64,000 nt of DNA from Verrucomicrobiota bacterium. GTDB taxonomy: Bacteria; Verrucomicrobiota; Verrucomicrobiia; Opitutales; Seribacteraceae. Positions 50,014-60,579 of this stretch are shown piece after piece. The notes beneath the pieces are model-generated. The model had not been told where the DNA came from. It saw nothing but the letters and a program-made list of their open reading frames with translations, and did not search any database. The position numbers and the translations under genes are program-made. Each line of letters starts with the position of its first letter. The stretch's first letter is position 1. The stretch spans positions 36,815 through 100,814 of the forward strand of contig JAQBYT010000011.1 in the NCBI GenBank assembly GCA_027622665.1, given 5' to 3'.

Positions 50014-51789
50014 CTATTCGGTAACATCGTATACGCCCGCCATTTTCTCATCATGAAAGGCTTTGATTCTCACGAGAATCTGGGATGGTTGTTCCATCCG
50101 GTCAACTTCTTCGCGTAAATTTTCCGCCTCGAGGGTAGTGAAGCGACGGGCAAAAAACTTCAACTCCGGGATGAGGGGCGGAGCCACACTCATTTTGTCG
50201 ATACCCAAACCCATCAATAATGCCGTAAAGTGAGGATCTCCTGCCATCTCACCGCATACGGACACCTCGACACCCTTCTTTCTCCCAACTTCGGCCACAT
50301 GCCCCACGGCTCGAATCACTGCAGGGTGATGGGGTTCGTAGAGATAGGCCATCTGATTGTTAATCCTATCAACAGCAAGAAGATACTGAACGAGATCGTT
50401 AGTTCCGATGCTGAAGAAATCAGCGTGCTCGGCCAAAAGATCACAAATGGTAACGGCGGCAGGAGTCTCGATCATACAACCCACGGGAATTTGCGGATCA
50501 AACGCCTCTCCTCTTTTCTCCAGTTGTGTTTTCGCCTCATCGAGAACTTCTCGGGCGCTGAGCATTTCTCCGACTCCGCTAATCATAGGGAACATTATCT
50601 TGACCTTACCGAAGGCGCTGGCCCTCAAGATCGCCCTTAATTGAGTCAGAAAGACATCCTTGTTGCGCAGGCAAAACCGAATGGCTCTGAAGCCCATGAA
50701 TGAATTATCCTCCTTTACGCGAACAGAGGATCCAAGAACCTTGTCGCCACCCAAGTCAAGAGTACGGATCGTCACCGGCAGGGGAGAAGATGCTTCCACC
50801 ACTGCCTTATATTCTTGAAACTGTTCCTCCTCATCGGGCATTCGATTGCGCCGAAGAAAAACGGACTCTGTTCGAAAAAGTCCTACGCCAAGGGCACCGT
50901 TTTCGTTCGCTTTCGCCACCTCCTCGGGAGAATCAGCATTGGCGAAGACGGTCAACTTCCGGCCATCGGCGGTCTCGGCGGGCAAGGAACTTTCATCGAC
51001 CACGAGGTCCAAAAGCTTCTTCCGCTTAATACTCACTTTCCCGTAGCGGAAAAGAGTTTGTTCGTCCGGATTGATGACGACCGTTCCCTCGAAACCATCG
51101 ACAAGTACGGTGTCCCCGTCCTGCAAGTGTACGGTCAACTCACTGAGTCCCACAACCGCGGGGATCTCACCCGCTCGGGCCATAATCACTGCATGACTGG
51201 AACGACCGCCACTATCAGTGGCGATGCCGAGAATCTTCGACCTGTCCAGCGAAGCCGTATCAGATGGCGTGAGATCTTCGGAAACAAGCACTCTGGGTTC
51301 ATCCAGAAAAACAGTGCCCGAACCCGTAGCTCCGAGGAGGTTACGTAAAAGACGACGAGTGACGTCCCGAACATCGGAAGCTCGCTCACGCAGGTATTGA
51401 TCTTCCAGTCCGTCAAAGAAATCAAGGTAACGAGAGCTAACCCGATGCAGACATTGCTCAATGTTATCTCCCGTTTGATGAACCTCTCCGACAATGTCGT
51501 CGATCAAGGCCTGATCCTCCAGCACGAGGACATGCGCATCGAAAATGGAGGCCTCGCGTTCCCCCAGACTTTTCCCAACGTCGGCTCGAATTGCCTGAAT
51601 CTGTTCACGGGTGTCTAACAATGCTTGCTCGAAACGAGTAATCTCAGCTTTCTGAATTTCCTTGGGTACTGAGTAACAAGGCACCTCCACTTCTCCATGA
51701 AGAAAGCGGAATACACGACCGTGGGCGACGCCGGGGGAGGCAGCTATGCCGTGAAGGATGATTTCACGTCTTTGGGTATCTTCAGGCAT
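50014..51789 (-). CDS. ptsI: PEP-protein phosphotransferase (Enzyme I)
   Basis: GIAASPG, GGRSSHAVIMAR, GLFRTE, RTLDLGGDK, FSIGTNDL, CGEMAG; no GAF domain. Confidence 0.95.
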   Translation of the reverse strand: MPEDTQRREIILHGIAASPGVAHGRVFRFLHGEVEVPCYSVPKEIQKAEITRFEQALLDTREQIQAIRADVGKSLGEREASIFDAHVLVLEDQALIDDIVGEVHQTGDNIEQCLHRVSSRYLDFFDGLEDQYLRERASDVRDVTRRLLRNLLGATGSGTVFLDEPRVLVSEDLTPSDTASLDRSKILGIATDSGGRSSHAVIMARAGEIPAVVGLSELTVHLQDGDTVLVDGFEGTVVINPDEQTLFRYGKVSIKRKKLLDLVVDESSLPAETADGRKLTVFANADSPEEVAKANENGALGVGLFRTESVFLRRNRMPDEEEQFQEYKAVVEASSPLPVTIRTLDLGGDKVLGSSVRVKEDNSFMGFRAIRFCLRNKDVFLTQLRAILRASAFGKVKIMFPMISGVGEMLSAREVLDEAKTQLEKRGEAFDPQIPVGCMIETPAAVTICDLLAEHADFFSIGTNDLVQYLLAVDRINNQMAYLYEPHHPAVIRAVGHVAEVGRKKGVEVSVCGEMAGDPHFTALLMGLGIDKMSVAPPLIPELKFFARRFTTLEAENLREEVDRMEQPSQILVRIKAFHDEKMAGVYDVTE

Positions 51790-51871
51790 GGAAAATAAAT
51801 CTCAGGTAACTGAGAGGGAGAAATAATGCCTGAAATTGGTCGATTCCGCCACAAAAAAAGAAGCTCTTCTT

Positions 51872-52768
51872 TTAGGCGAAAGCGGTTTCTTCAACAAAGC
51901 ATTCCTGTCCCCAAGCAGAACGGATTGCATCGATTCCATCGGCAATTTCCAAATCGTTCTCCAACAGAGCGAAACAACATGAGCCACTACCGCTCATTCC
52001 ACATGTCCAACCAAATTTCTTGCTCAAATCATCGAGCAGTACGGGAAATCCCGGACATTTTTCAAAGACGGGCTTTTGCAGGTCGTTTGCCAGCAAAACA
52101 TCCACGCCATCGTTTCCTTTGATCCATGCAGCCAAACGAGCGACTGCACCCACCTTGTCGGAATACCAATCGGGATTGCGAGCAAGGCGACCGTAAACCT
52201 CCGGCGTATCCATTCCCAAACTTGGAGCGAAAAGAAGCAGACGGTCTCCGCGAAACCTTTCGGCAACTCCAGCAGCCAGAGGCTTTACCAATTCTCCCCT
52301 CCCCTCCAACAAACAAGGTTCGCCGAATAAGAAGAGCGGACAATCCGCCCCCAGTTCCCCCGCCAAGTCCAAGAGGGTTTCCAATGGCAAGGGAACCGTG
52401 GCCAGTAGGTTTAGCGCGTGCAAGGTAGCCACTGCATTGGAACTCCCGCCACCCAAACCACCGCCAACCGGAATACGCTTGCTGATAGTGATGCAAACGT
52501 TCCATTCACGCCTCGCCATACTCAGCCATGCCTTCGCCGCCCTCGCTGCAAGATTCTCCTCTCCTGCCGGCAATTGCAACCCCGGACAAAGGCAATCGAT
52601 CTCTCCATGCCCTAGCCTCGCCTCGATGGTGACGACGTCTCCAAAAAGCAAAGGAGCCGCAACGGAAAGAATGTCATGAAAGCCATCGGAGCGCTTGCCT
52701 GTGACGGCGAGAAATAGATTCACCTTCGCCGGTGAAAAAACGCTAATGCTTCGAATTCCTGACTTCAT
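51872..52768 (-). CDS. ispE: 4-diphosphocytidyl-2-C-methyl-D-erythritol kinase
   Basis: PAKVNLFL, KRIPVGGGLGGGSSNA, GADCP, NDL, MSGSGS. Confidence 0.95.
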   Translation of the reverse strand: MKSGIRSISVFSPAKVNLFLAVTGKRSDGFHDILSVAAPLLFGDVVTIEARLGHGEIDCLCPGLQLPAGEENLAARAAKAWLSMARREWNVCITISKRIPVGGGLGGGSSNAVATLHALNLLATVPLPLETLLDLAGELGADCPLFLFGEPCLLEGRGELVKPLAAGVAERFRGDRLLLFAPSLGMDTPEVYGRLARNPDWYSDKVGAVARLAAWIKGNDGVDVLLANDLQKPVFEKCPGFPVLLDDLSKKFGWTCGMSGSGSCCFALLENDLEIADGIDAIRSAWGQECFVEETAFA

Positions 52769-52857
52769 GAATGATTTCGTCTAGCACTCAGTTTCCATTC
52801 AGGCGAACCGAAATAAAAGTTTGCCCGATTCCCTTTTCGCGCATGATGCTCGCATTG

Positions 52858-53583
52858 ATGCAGACGCAAAAGTCAACCGAAGTGATTCTAGCTCTGGACG
52901 TGGAGTCTAGAAGCCGAGCCGAAACGATAATTCAAGCTGCGGGAGAAAACCTAAAGTGGATCAAAATCGGTCTGCAAACCTACCTTCGTGACGGGCCAAC
53001 CTTCGTGTGCGACTTGGCGAGTGAGGGCAAAAACATCTTTCTCGACCTGAAACTGCACGACATCCCGAACACAATGGCTAAAGCCATAGAAAGCCTTGCG
53101 AACCTTCCTATTTCTATGCTTACGGTCCACGCATCGGCGGGCTCGGAAGCCTTGGCCCGCTGCTCCGACACCATGCGCGAGGCACTCCCTGAAGCCACCT
53201 TGCTCGCAGTAACCGTCCTGACCTCCATGAACGCGGAAAACCTCAATAGACTGGGAGTAATGAACACCCCCGAAGATCAAGTGACCAGGCTCGCCAAGCT
53301 TGCCACCGAGGCGGGAGTCGGAGGAATAGTCTGCTCCCCCAAGGAATTAAGCTCGCTCTCCGACGCTTTGCCTTCGGGAGTGACTTTTGTTACGCCTGGT
53401 ATTCGTCCAGCAGGCTCCGATCTCGGAGATCAAAAGCGCGTCATGACACCCGCCGAGGCTTCTCAAGCAGGGGCTAACTATCTAGTAATCGGTCGGCCTA
53501 TTCTAGAAGCAGAAAACCCCTACGAAGTCATTGCCGGAATCCAAGAAGAACTGGCTTCAAGTCAACAGTCTCCTCTCTCATGA
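52858..53583 (+). CDS. pyrF: Orotidine-5'-phosphate decarboxylase
   Basis: LALD, FLDLKLHDIPNT, VTVLTS, TPGIRP, DQKR, VIGRPI; start approximate. Confidence 0.96.
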   Translation: MQTQKSTEVILALDVESRSRAETIIQAAGENLKWIKIGLQTYLRDGPTFVCDLASEGKNIFLDLKLHDIPNTMAKAIESLANLPISMLTVHASAGSEALARCSDTMREALPEATLLAVTVLTSMNAENLNRLGVMNTPEDQVTRLAKLATEAGVGGIVCSPKELSSLSDALPSGVTFVTPGIRPAGSDLGDQKRVMTPAEASQAGANYLVIGRPILEAENPYEVIAGIQEELASSQQSPLS

Positions 53584-54287
53584 ACGCAGCCATCCTGCTT
53601 GCCGCGGGTCGCGGTAGTCGCATGCGGAACAGCGTAACTGACAAGATTCTATACGAAGTGGGAGGATGCACGTTATTCGCCAAATCCCTGCTTGCTTTTC
53701 GTGCGGCGGCCGTAGCTGGCTTGTGGGTAGTGGCTTATCGCGATGAATCGCAGAAAGAAAGATTGGCAAACGATATAGCCAAGATGGCTCCCGATGACGT
53801 CGAAGTCATCCTAGTGGAAGGTGGAGAAGAACGACGTGACTCCGTACAAAATGCTCTTGCGAAGATTCCGCCTGAAACAAAAATCATCTTCGTACATGAT
53901 TGCGCACGCCCAATGATTAAAGCGAAAAGCCTGACCAAGCTTCTTTCCGTAGCAATCGAAACCGGAGGGGCAACACTGGCTCATCCGGTGAGAGACACGC
54001 TCAAACAGACTCGGGAGGGGCAAGGTCCCCACCCCATTGCCGATCATACCGTCGACCGGAGTAAACTATGGGCAATGGAAACTCCGCAAACCTTTCAAGC
54101 CGAACTACTGCGGGAAGGTATGGCCCGAGTCGTCTCGGAAAACTTATCCGTCACAGACGAAACTTCCGCCGTGGAACTACTCGGTCATCCAGTATCCCTC
54201 GTGGATCCGGGATATCCGAATCCCAAAGTCACCACACCGTCGGACTTGTCGTATATCGAATTTCTAATTAACCAGGACAACGCATGA
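53580..54287 (+). CDS. ispD: 2-C-methyl-D-erythritol 4-phosphate cytidylyltransferase
   Basis: LAAGRGSRM, GGEERRDSV, VHDCARP, ETPQTF, NPKVTTPSD. Confidence 0.95.
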   Translation: MNAAILLAAGRGSRMRNSVTDKILYEVGGCTLFAKSLLAFRAAAVAGLWVVAYRDESQKERLANDIAKMAPDDVEVILVEGGEERRDSVQNALAKIPPETKIIFVHDCARPMIKAKSLTKLLSVAIETGGATLAHPVRDTLKQTREGQGPHPIADHTVDRSKLWAMETPQTFQAELLREGMARVVSENLSVTDETSAVELLGHPVSLVDPGYPNPKVTTPSDLSYIEFLINQDNA

Positions 54288-54775
54288 ACCACCCTTTCCG
54301 TATCGGCCAAGGTTACGACGTTCACCGATTCGCCAAGGGACGAAAGCTAATACTTGGAGGAGTTGAGATTCCCCATGCACTGGGACTAGAAGGACACTCC
54401 GACGCCGACTGTTTGACGCACGCTCTCGCCGATGCCATTCTGGGTGCCCTCGCTCTCCCCGACATCGGGGTGCACTTCCCGCCGAGCGACCCGACTCTGG
54501 AGGGGATCGACTCCATGAAGATCCTGCTAAAGGCGAAAGAACAATGTGAGGCCAAAGGCTATCTCATCGGTAATGTGGACGCCACGATAATTGCCGAAAA
54601 ACCTACGATCTCACCCTACGTTGACGCGATGAAAGAGAGATTAGCCCAAATCCTCGACGTGGAGACGAACCAAATTGGCATAAAGGCTACGACCAATGAA
54701 GGCATCGGTGGAATCGGCCGTGGCGAAGGGATCGGGGCCCATGCCGTGTGCCTGCTCGTTTCGAACTCGAGATAG
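54284..54775 (+). CDS. ispF: 2-C-methyl-D-erythritol 2,4-cyclodiphosphate synthase
   Basis: RIGQGYDVH, GHSDAD..HALADA, DIGVHFP, KATTNE. Confidence 0.97.
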   Translation: MNHPFRIGQGYDVHRFAKGRKLILGGVEIPHALGLEGHSDADCLTHALADAILGALALPDIGVHFPPSDPTLEGIDSMKILLKAKEQCEAKGYLIGNVDATIIAEKPTISPYVDAMKERLAQILDVETNQIGIKATTNEGIGGIGRGEGIGAHAVCLLVSNSR

Positions 54776-54782
54776 CCTCGGT

Positions 54783-55205
54783 CTAGGCTATTTCAAAAAT
54801 TTCTTCCGAAGAGAAAAATCGCTCGATTTCGACTTTCGCGGACTCAGCGCTATCCGACGCATGGGCCACGTTTCTCATCTTGTCGGTACCAAGATCTCCT
54901 CGAATCGTTCCCTCGGGAGCTTGTGTGGAGTCCGTAGGCCCCAAAAGCCCCCTCACTCCTTCCACGACGTTTTCACCTTGAAGAATCAAGGCGACTACGG
55001 GACGTGAGCTCATAAAACCGGCGATATCCGGGAAAAAAGGCAAATCCGCGACATGAGAATAGTGCTCGTTGAGAACTGCTAAATCCAGCTGAATCATCTT
55101 GCACGCAACGATTTCGTAACCGGCTTTTTCAAAACGAGCGATGACCTCCCCGACGATTTTTCCGCCGAGGCAATCAGGTTTTAGCAATATAAGTGATTTT
55201 TGCAT
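54783..55205 (-). CDS. ndk: Nucleoside diphosphate kinase
   Basis: LKPD, HY, GTIRGD, NVAHASDS. Confidence 0.97.
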   Translation of the reverse strand: MQKSLILLKPDCLGGKIVGEVIARFEKAGYEIVACKMIQLDLAVLNEHYSHVADLPFFPDIAGFMSSRPVVALILQGENVVEGVRGLLGPTDSTQAPEGTIRGDLGTDKMRNVAHASDSAESAKVEIERFFSSEEIFEIA

Positions 55206-55274
55206 GGAAGATCCTAGTGAAAAAATGCTCGCAATTGAGGAGGAGTGGAAAAGGGGAACGTAATCTCGAGCAAA

Positions 55275-57815
55275 TCAGGAATCCGCGGAGTCCTCGTCGG
55301 AAGTGGCGGAGGAAACCGGAGTTGAATCCTTTTTCCCTGCCTTTCCAGTCTGCTCGAAGGTTAAACCTTCATCCTCATCGTCGGAAACGACGACATGGAT
55401 AGGTTGGCTCTTCTTCAAGTTGCCCAACAGCAGCGCCTCGGCCAGATTGTCTTCGATATACTTTTCCACGGCTCTTCGCAATGGACGGGCGCCGAGCTTT
55501 TCGTCGTAACCATTCTCAATCAAAAACGTCTTGGCCTCATCGCTTACCTCAAGCTTGAGTTTACGGTCACGCAATCGGTCGGCAACCTTGGACAATTCCA
55601 ATTCCACGATCTGGCTCATGCTGTCCTTGCCCAAAGGACGAAAGATCACCATCTCGGTAAGACGATTCAAGAACTCCGGCTTAAAGACCTTCTTGGTCTC
55701 ATCCGTTATCTTGTCCTTGATTTGCTCGAAGTCATTTTCGGCATCGCCGACGGAAAAACCCATGGAAACATTTCGCTGAAGGATCTGGGCTCCTACGTTC
55801 GAAGTCATGATGAGAATAGTGTTCCGAAAATCAACTTTGCGACCCAGACTGTCAGTTAATCGACCATCCTCAAGAATTTGCAGGAGGATTGGAACAACAT
55901 CGGGATGTGCTTTTTCGATTTCATCAAAAAGAATCACGGAATAGGGTTTACGACGAACGGTCTCGGTTAGTTGCCCACCCTCTTCGTAACCTATGTAACC
56001 CGGAGGTGAACCGATCATACGGGACACCGCGTGCTTTTCCATGTACTCCGACATGTCGATCTGAACGAGAGCGTCCTGATCTCCGAAGATTTGCTCGGCC
56101 AAAACCTTGGCCAAATGGGTTTTCCCCACACCCGTGGGACCGAGAAACATAAAGGAACCGATGGGACGTTTGGGATCCTTGATATCGGCTCTCGAACGCC
56201 GCAATGCCTTGGCGATGACCTCTGTGGCGAAATCCTGACCAATTACAAGCTTGCGAAGATCTTTTTCGAGGTTGAGGAGTTTTTTAGTCTCCTTCGTCTC
56301 CATCCGACTGAGTGGAATTCCAGTCCAGTCGGAAACGATAACGTACATCTCGTCTTCACCCACAGTTCCACGTTTTCCCTCACGAGATTTCTTCCAATCC
56401 TCGAGGACACGCTCACGCTTGGTTCGTAGCTTTTTCTCTTGGTCTCTCGATTCGGCGGCTTTCTCGAAATTCTGCTCGGATATCGCCTGCTCCTTGGCGG
56501 AGCAAACCTCCTTGATCTCATCAGAAAGTTCCTCGATTTCAGGAGGTCGCTGCAAGGATTCCATGCGCGAACGGGCACCCGCTTCATCCAACGCGTCGAT
56601 CGCCTTGTCAGGCAAAAACCGACCGGTAACGTAGCGATCCGTAAGCTTGGCAGCAGTCTCCAAGGATTTGTCGGTGAAGTTTACGTTGTGGTGCTCCTCA
56701 TACTTGGATCGGATGCCCTTAAGAATTAGAACAGTGTCTTCGACCGAGGGCGGCTCGACCTTGACGGATTGAAAGCGCCGTTCCAAGGCACTGTCCTTCT
56801 CGATGAATTTTCGGTATTCGGCCAAGGTCGTGGCTCCGATACACTGAAGTTCTCCACGACTCAAGGCAGGCTTGAAGATATTAGAGGCATCCATGGCGCC
56901 TTCCGCAGCGCCGGCTCCCACGATAGTATGGAGCTCATCAATGAAAATTATGATATTCTTGGCTCGACGGATTTCATCCATCACAGCCTTTATGCGTTCC
57001 TCGAACTGCCCCCGGTACTTGGTGCCGGCAACCATAAGCGCTAGATCAAGTGTAATCACCTTCTTGTCCAAAAGGTTTTCGGGGACAAGACCACCTGTTA
57101 TTTGCTGAGCCAACCCCTCCGCTATGGCCGTTTTCCCTACGCCCGCCTCTCCGATGAGAACCGGGTTGTTCTTCGTGCGGCGACAAAGAATTTGGGTAAC
57201 TCGCCGAATTTCAGAATGGCGACCGATAACCGGATCCAGCTCACCTTTCTTGGCCATCTCAGTCAAATCTCTGCCGAAAGCCTTGAGGGCGGGTGTTTTC
57301 ACATCCTTGCCCTTTTCGTCGCCAGCACTACCAGCGAGAGAGGTTTCAAGCTCGTCTCCGGCGGCAAAGTTCGGATCGAGTTCGGCCAGAATTTCGGATC
57401 GGCAGCGCTCGACGTCTACTTCCAAAGATTTAAGGACACGAGCGGCAACGCCTTCGCCCTCACGAAGAAGGCCAAGCAAAATATGCTCGGTGCCTACATA
57501 GCTGTGGTTAAGCGATTTAGCTTCCTTACCCGCAAGGGAAAGAACTTTCTTCACTCTCGGAGTGTACGGAACATTTCCGGCGGCCTTAGCCTCGGGACCC
57601 GTTCCGACCTGTTGCTCAACGGCAGCTCGAACAGTGTCGAGGTCGAGTCCCATTTTCTGGAGAACGTTGACCGCAACACCCTGACCGAGATTGATCAACC
57701 CAAGCAACAAATGCTCCGTCCCGACATAATTGTGGTGAAAGCGATCAGCCTCTTTGCGTGCTAGAGCCAAAACTTGTAGGGCTCTAGGTGTGAAATTGCT
57801 CATTGGCTCGGACAT
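55275..57815 (-). CDS. clpC: ATP-dependent Clp protease ATP-binding subunit ClpC
   Basis: Two Clp-N repeats (YVGTEH), [11 protein letters not shown]-like middle domain, [15 protein letters not shown]. Confidence 0.96.
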   Translation of the reverse strand: MSEPMSNFTPRALQVLALARKEADRFHHNYVGTEHLLLGLINLGQGVAVNVLQKMGLDLDTVRAAVEQQVGTGPEAKAAGNVPYTPRVKKVLSLAGKEAKSLNHSYVGTEHILLGLLREGEGVAARVLKSLEVDVERCRSEILAELDPNFAAGDELETSLAGSAGDEKGKDVKTPALKAFGRDLTEMAKKGELDPVIGRHSEIRRVTQILCRRTKNNPVLIGEAGVGKTAIAEGLAQQITGGLVPENLLDKKVITLDLALMVAGTKYRGQFEERIKAVMDEIRRAKNIIIFIDELHTIVGAGAAEGAMDASNIFKPALSRGELQCIGATTLAEYRKFIEKDSALERRFQSVKVEPPSVEDTVLILKGIRSKYEEHHNVNFTDKSLETAAKLTDRYVTGRFLPDKAIDALDEAGARSRMESLQRPPEIEELSDEIKEVCSAKEQAISEQNFEKAAESRDQEKKLRTKRERVLEDWKKSREGKRGTVGEDEMYVIVSDWTGIPLSRMETKETKKLLNLEKDLRKLVIGQDFATEVIAKALRRSRADIKDPKRPIGSFMFLGPTGVGKTHLAKVLAEQIFGDQDALVQIDMSEYMEKHAVSRMIGSPPGYIGYEEGGQLTETVRRKPYSVILFDEIEKAHPDVVPILLQILEDGRLTDSLGRKVDFRNTILIMTSNVGAQILQRNVSMGFSVGDAENDFEQIKDKITDETKKVFKPEFLNRLTEMVIFRPLGKDSMSQIVELELSKVADRLRDRKLKLEVSDEAKTFLIENGYDEKLGARPLRRAVEKYIEDNLAEALLLGNLKKSQPIHVVVSDDEDEGLTFEQTGKAGKKDSTPVSSATSDEDSADS

Positions 57816-57842
57816 ACTTGGACAAAAATAACCGTTAAATAC

Positions 57843-58925
57843 CTATAAAGTCAACCAACCCTTCCCGAAATCAGGATCGGGAGCTTTTTTGAATTCCTTG
57901 CGGAGCATTTCAGCTCTCAAGACGTCGCGATCATCGGGTTCAACGGCACGTGCTGCAGAAAGCTGAACATGACCAGGTTGAATCTCGATCATTAAACGAT
58001 CCACAATACACCTGAATTTTTCGGGAAGCATACCCAGGTCAACCGCCAAGCGAACAAGCGACAAATAATCCATGCCCTCGGCGCTCTGCATCAACCATGC
58101 TCCACGGAGGATGGACAACGCTCGCCCTACCTTGTCCAATATACGGGTCGGCGATTCTTCGAGCAACTTGGAACGAGCATTCAATTCTTGCTCCGTCACC
58201 TTGGCTAGGGTTTTGGACAAACGTTCGAGGATATCATCTTCCGACTCGCCCAAAGTCTGCTGGTTTGAGATTTGAAAGACGCTTCCGCTGGCGTCGGATC
58301 CTTCGCCAAATATTCCACGGACTGCGATTCCCAACTGGTTTACCGCATTGACCACCTTATCCATATTCTTGGACATGACCAATCCCGGCAAGTGCATCAT
58401 GACCGATGCCCGCAAGCCCGTGCCTAGATTCGTGGGGCAGGCGGTGAGAAAGCCCAAATCTCCATCGTAAGCATAATCAAGGTTGGACTCGATACCGACA
58501 TCCAGAGCATTTGCTTTTTTCCATACGCTTCCAAAGTCGAGTCCATTTCGGATGACTTGAATACGCAGGTGATCTTCTTCGTTGATCATCACGCAGCACG
58601 TGCGATCCTTGCTCAAGACCAAACCGGCTCCATCATTGGCTTGCGACAATTCCGGGCTGATCAAGTGCTGTTCGACCAAGATTTGTTTGTCTAGGTCGCT
58701 GAGGTCGTCCATCTCCGAGGAAACCGAATCCGTCATGCCTCGCAAGCCACCGAGAACACTCATGCACTTGGACAAAACTTCACGTCGTTGTGACGTTTCG
58801 GCACGCCCCGGGAACGGAAAGTCATTCAGGTTTCGGGCCAAACGTATTCTGGTACTGAGGGCAACCGGAGTTGCCTTCGGTCGGCGAATCGTTTTTCCGG
58901 CGGCTCTCAAAATTGCGTGAAACAT
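57843..58925 (-). CDS. mcsB: Protein arginine kinase
   Basis: STRIRLARN, NEEDHLRIQ, LTACPTNLGTG, FQISNQ; upstream of clpC. Confidence 0.93.
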   Translation of the reverse strand: MFHAILRAAGKTIRRPKATPVALSTRIRLARNLNDFPFPGRAETSQRREVLSKCMSVLGGLRGMTDSVSSEMDDLSDLDKQILVEQHLISPELSQANDGAGLVLSKDRTCCVMINEEDHLRIQVIRNGLDFGSVWKKANALDVGIESNLDYAYDGDLGFLTACPTNLGTGLRASVMMHLPGLVMSKNMDKVVNAVNQLGIAVRGIFGEGSDASGSVFQISNQQTLGESEDDILERLSKTLAKVTEQELNARSKLLEESPTRILDKVGRALSILRGAWLMQSAEGMDYLSLVRLAVDLGMLPEKFRCIVDRLMIEIQPGHVQLSAARAVEPDDRDVLRAEMLRKEFKKAPDPDFGKGWLTL

Positions 58926-58942
58926 TGCTCGATCACCCCACC

Positions 58943-59488
58943 TTAAACTACAAGATTTTCAAACGATTCACGAAGCATGCGAATCTCATCGCGAAGACGA
59001 GCGCACTCCTCGAATTCTTCACTCTCCAATGCTTTCTGCAGGTCATCTCCCAGGCGTAAAATCTTTTCCTGCAATTTGGCCGCGGACTCCTGATCCTCCG
59101 CCCGCTTCCGGCTTTTCCCTACCGTCGAAGCTAATCCCTTGGGAACCTTGCCGACATGCCGAGTGCCAGCGTGCATACCTTCCAGCATAGGATTGAGCAC
59201 AGGTCGAAAAGCCTCATAGCAGGCGGAACAACCGAAACGTCCACCCTTTTTGAATTCCTGATGGGTAAGCCCGCAACTCTCGCAAACGAGGTCGCTGAAA
59301 GAGCCGGTTGCCTCCATCCCGGCTGTAGACATCAAGCCACCCATGGAAAAATCACCCGTGTTGGTTACACCCTTCTTCTGGGCGCATTCCTCGCATAAGT
59401 CGATTTTGTGCATCTGGTTGTTTAGAATCTGAGTAAGATGCACGGTGGCGGGGTTCTCGCAACTATGACATTTCATGGACTCCGGCAT
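58943..59488 (-). CDS. mcsA: McsA activator (CxxC x4 plus UVR domain)
   Basis: CHSC, CEEC, CESC, GCSACY, HVGKVP, EEFEECARLRDEI. Confidence 0.92.
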   Translation of the reverse strand: MPESMKCHSCENPATVHLTQILNNQMHKIDLCEECAQKKGVTNTGDFSMGGLMSTAGMEATGSFSDLVCESCGLTHQEFKKGGRFGCSACYEAFRPVLNPMLEGMHAGTRHVGKVPKGLASTVGKSRKRAEDQESAAKLQEKILRLGDDLQKALESEEFEECARLRDEIRMLRESFENLVV

Positions 59489-59627
59489 GGTGTTTTTGGC
59501 TAAACTTTGTTAAATTTATAGAACAGTAAAATCAATTTACTCGAAAACTTCGAATTTGACAACGCACTAAACGCGCCAAAAAGCGGCTTCAAGACAAAAC
59601 CAAAAAAAAGTAGTGAGCACGGGGCGT

Positions 59628-60494
59628 TCAGATCATTTGACCGTCCATGGTCACCTTTTCTCGAAAACGAGAGATGAATTGCTTCGTAATTTCGCCGGGT
59701 TGACCCGAACCGACCGTACGATGATCGACCTCGACGCAAGGGATGACCTCCGCAGCCGTACCGGTGAGAAAACATTCCTCCGCCGTCCACAAATCGTAAC
59801 GGGTCAATGCCTGCTCTCGTAGTTCCACTTCCAGTTCCTCGGCAATATCCATAACCGTTCCACGGGTAATTCCACGCAGGGAACCCGAGTCAAGCGGAGG
59901 CGTATACAAAACGCCCTTGGAATACACAAAAACATTGTCTCCGGTACATTCGGCGACTTCACCTTTGTCGTTAAGCATCAAGGCTTCCTGAAAGCCCACT
60001 TTCTGGGCCTCTATCTTCGCGAGAATGTTGTTCAGATAGTTCAGGCTCTTCACCGCAGGGGGCAAGGCGGCGGCATTGATTCGCCGCGTGGGTACGGTTA
60101 TGATCTTCAGGCCCGTCTCGTACAGTTCCTCCGGGTATAGCTGAATATTGTCGGCGATGATGATTACCCCGGCAGGTCCGCAACCGACTGGAGACAGACC
60201 GAGGTGCCCCGGACCACGCGTAACAACCAAGCGAACGTAACCGTCCCGCAAATCGTTTTGCCGACAGCACTCGCATACGGCTTCGGCCAGCTCCTCGCGA
60301 TTCATCGGCAGGTCGAGCAGTATCGCTTTTGCGGAAAACTCAAGCCGTTCAAGATGCTCCTCGAGCTTGTAGACGCACCCGGAATAAAGGCGGATCCCCT
60401 CGAACACACCGTCTCCATACAACAGCCCATGGTCGAAGACCGAAATCTTGGCGTCCTCTTTGTCGACGAATTTGCCGTTTAAGTAAATCTTCAT
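59628..60494 (-). CDS. ilvE: Branched-chain amino acid aminotransferase
   Basis: DHGLLYGDGVFEG, VKSLNYLNN, ECTGDN, GITR, TGTAAE. Confidence 0.96.
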   Translation of the reverse strand: MKIYLNGKFVDKEDAKISVFDHGLLYGDGVFEGIRLYSGCVYKLEEHLERLEFSAKAILLDLPMNREELAEAVCECCRQNDLRDGYVRLVVTRGPGHLGLSPVGCGPAGVIIIADNIQLYPEELYETGLKIITVPTRRINAAALPPAVKSLNYLNNILAKIEAQKVGFQEALMLNDKGEVAECTGDNVFVYSKGVLYTPPLDSGSLRGITRGTVMDIAEELEVELREQALTRYDLWTAEECFLTGTAAEVIPCVEVDHRTVGSGQPGEITKQFISRFREKVTMDGQMI

Positions 60495-60579
60495 GAATTC
60501 GAATTCCTTAACCCAATCGAAAAGACATCATTGTGGGAAATTTCCGGAAGATGGCGAGCGAGTTCCTTTCCGCCCGGCT

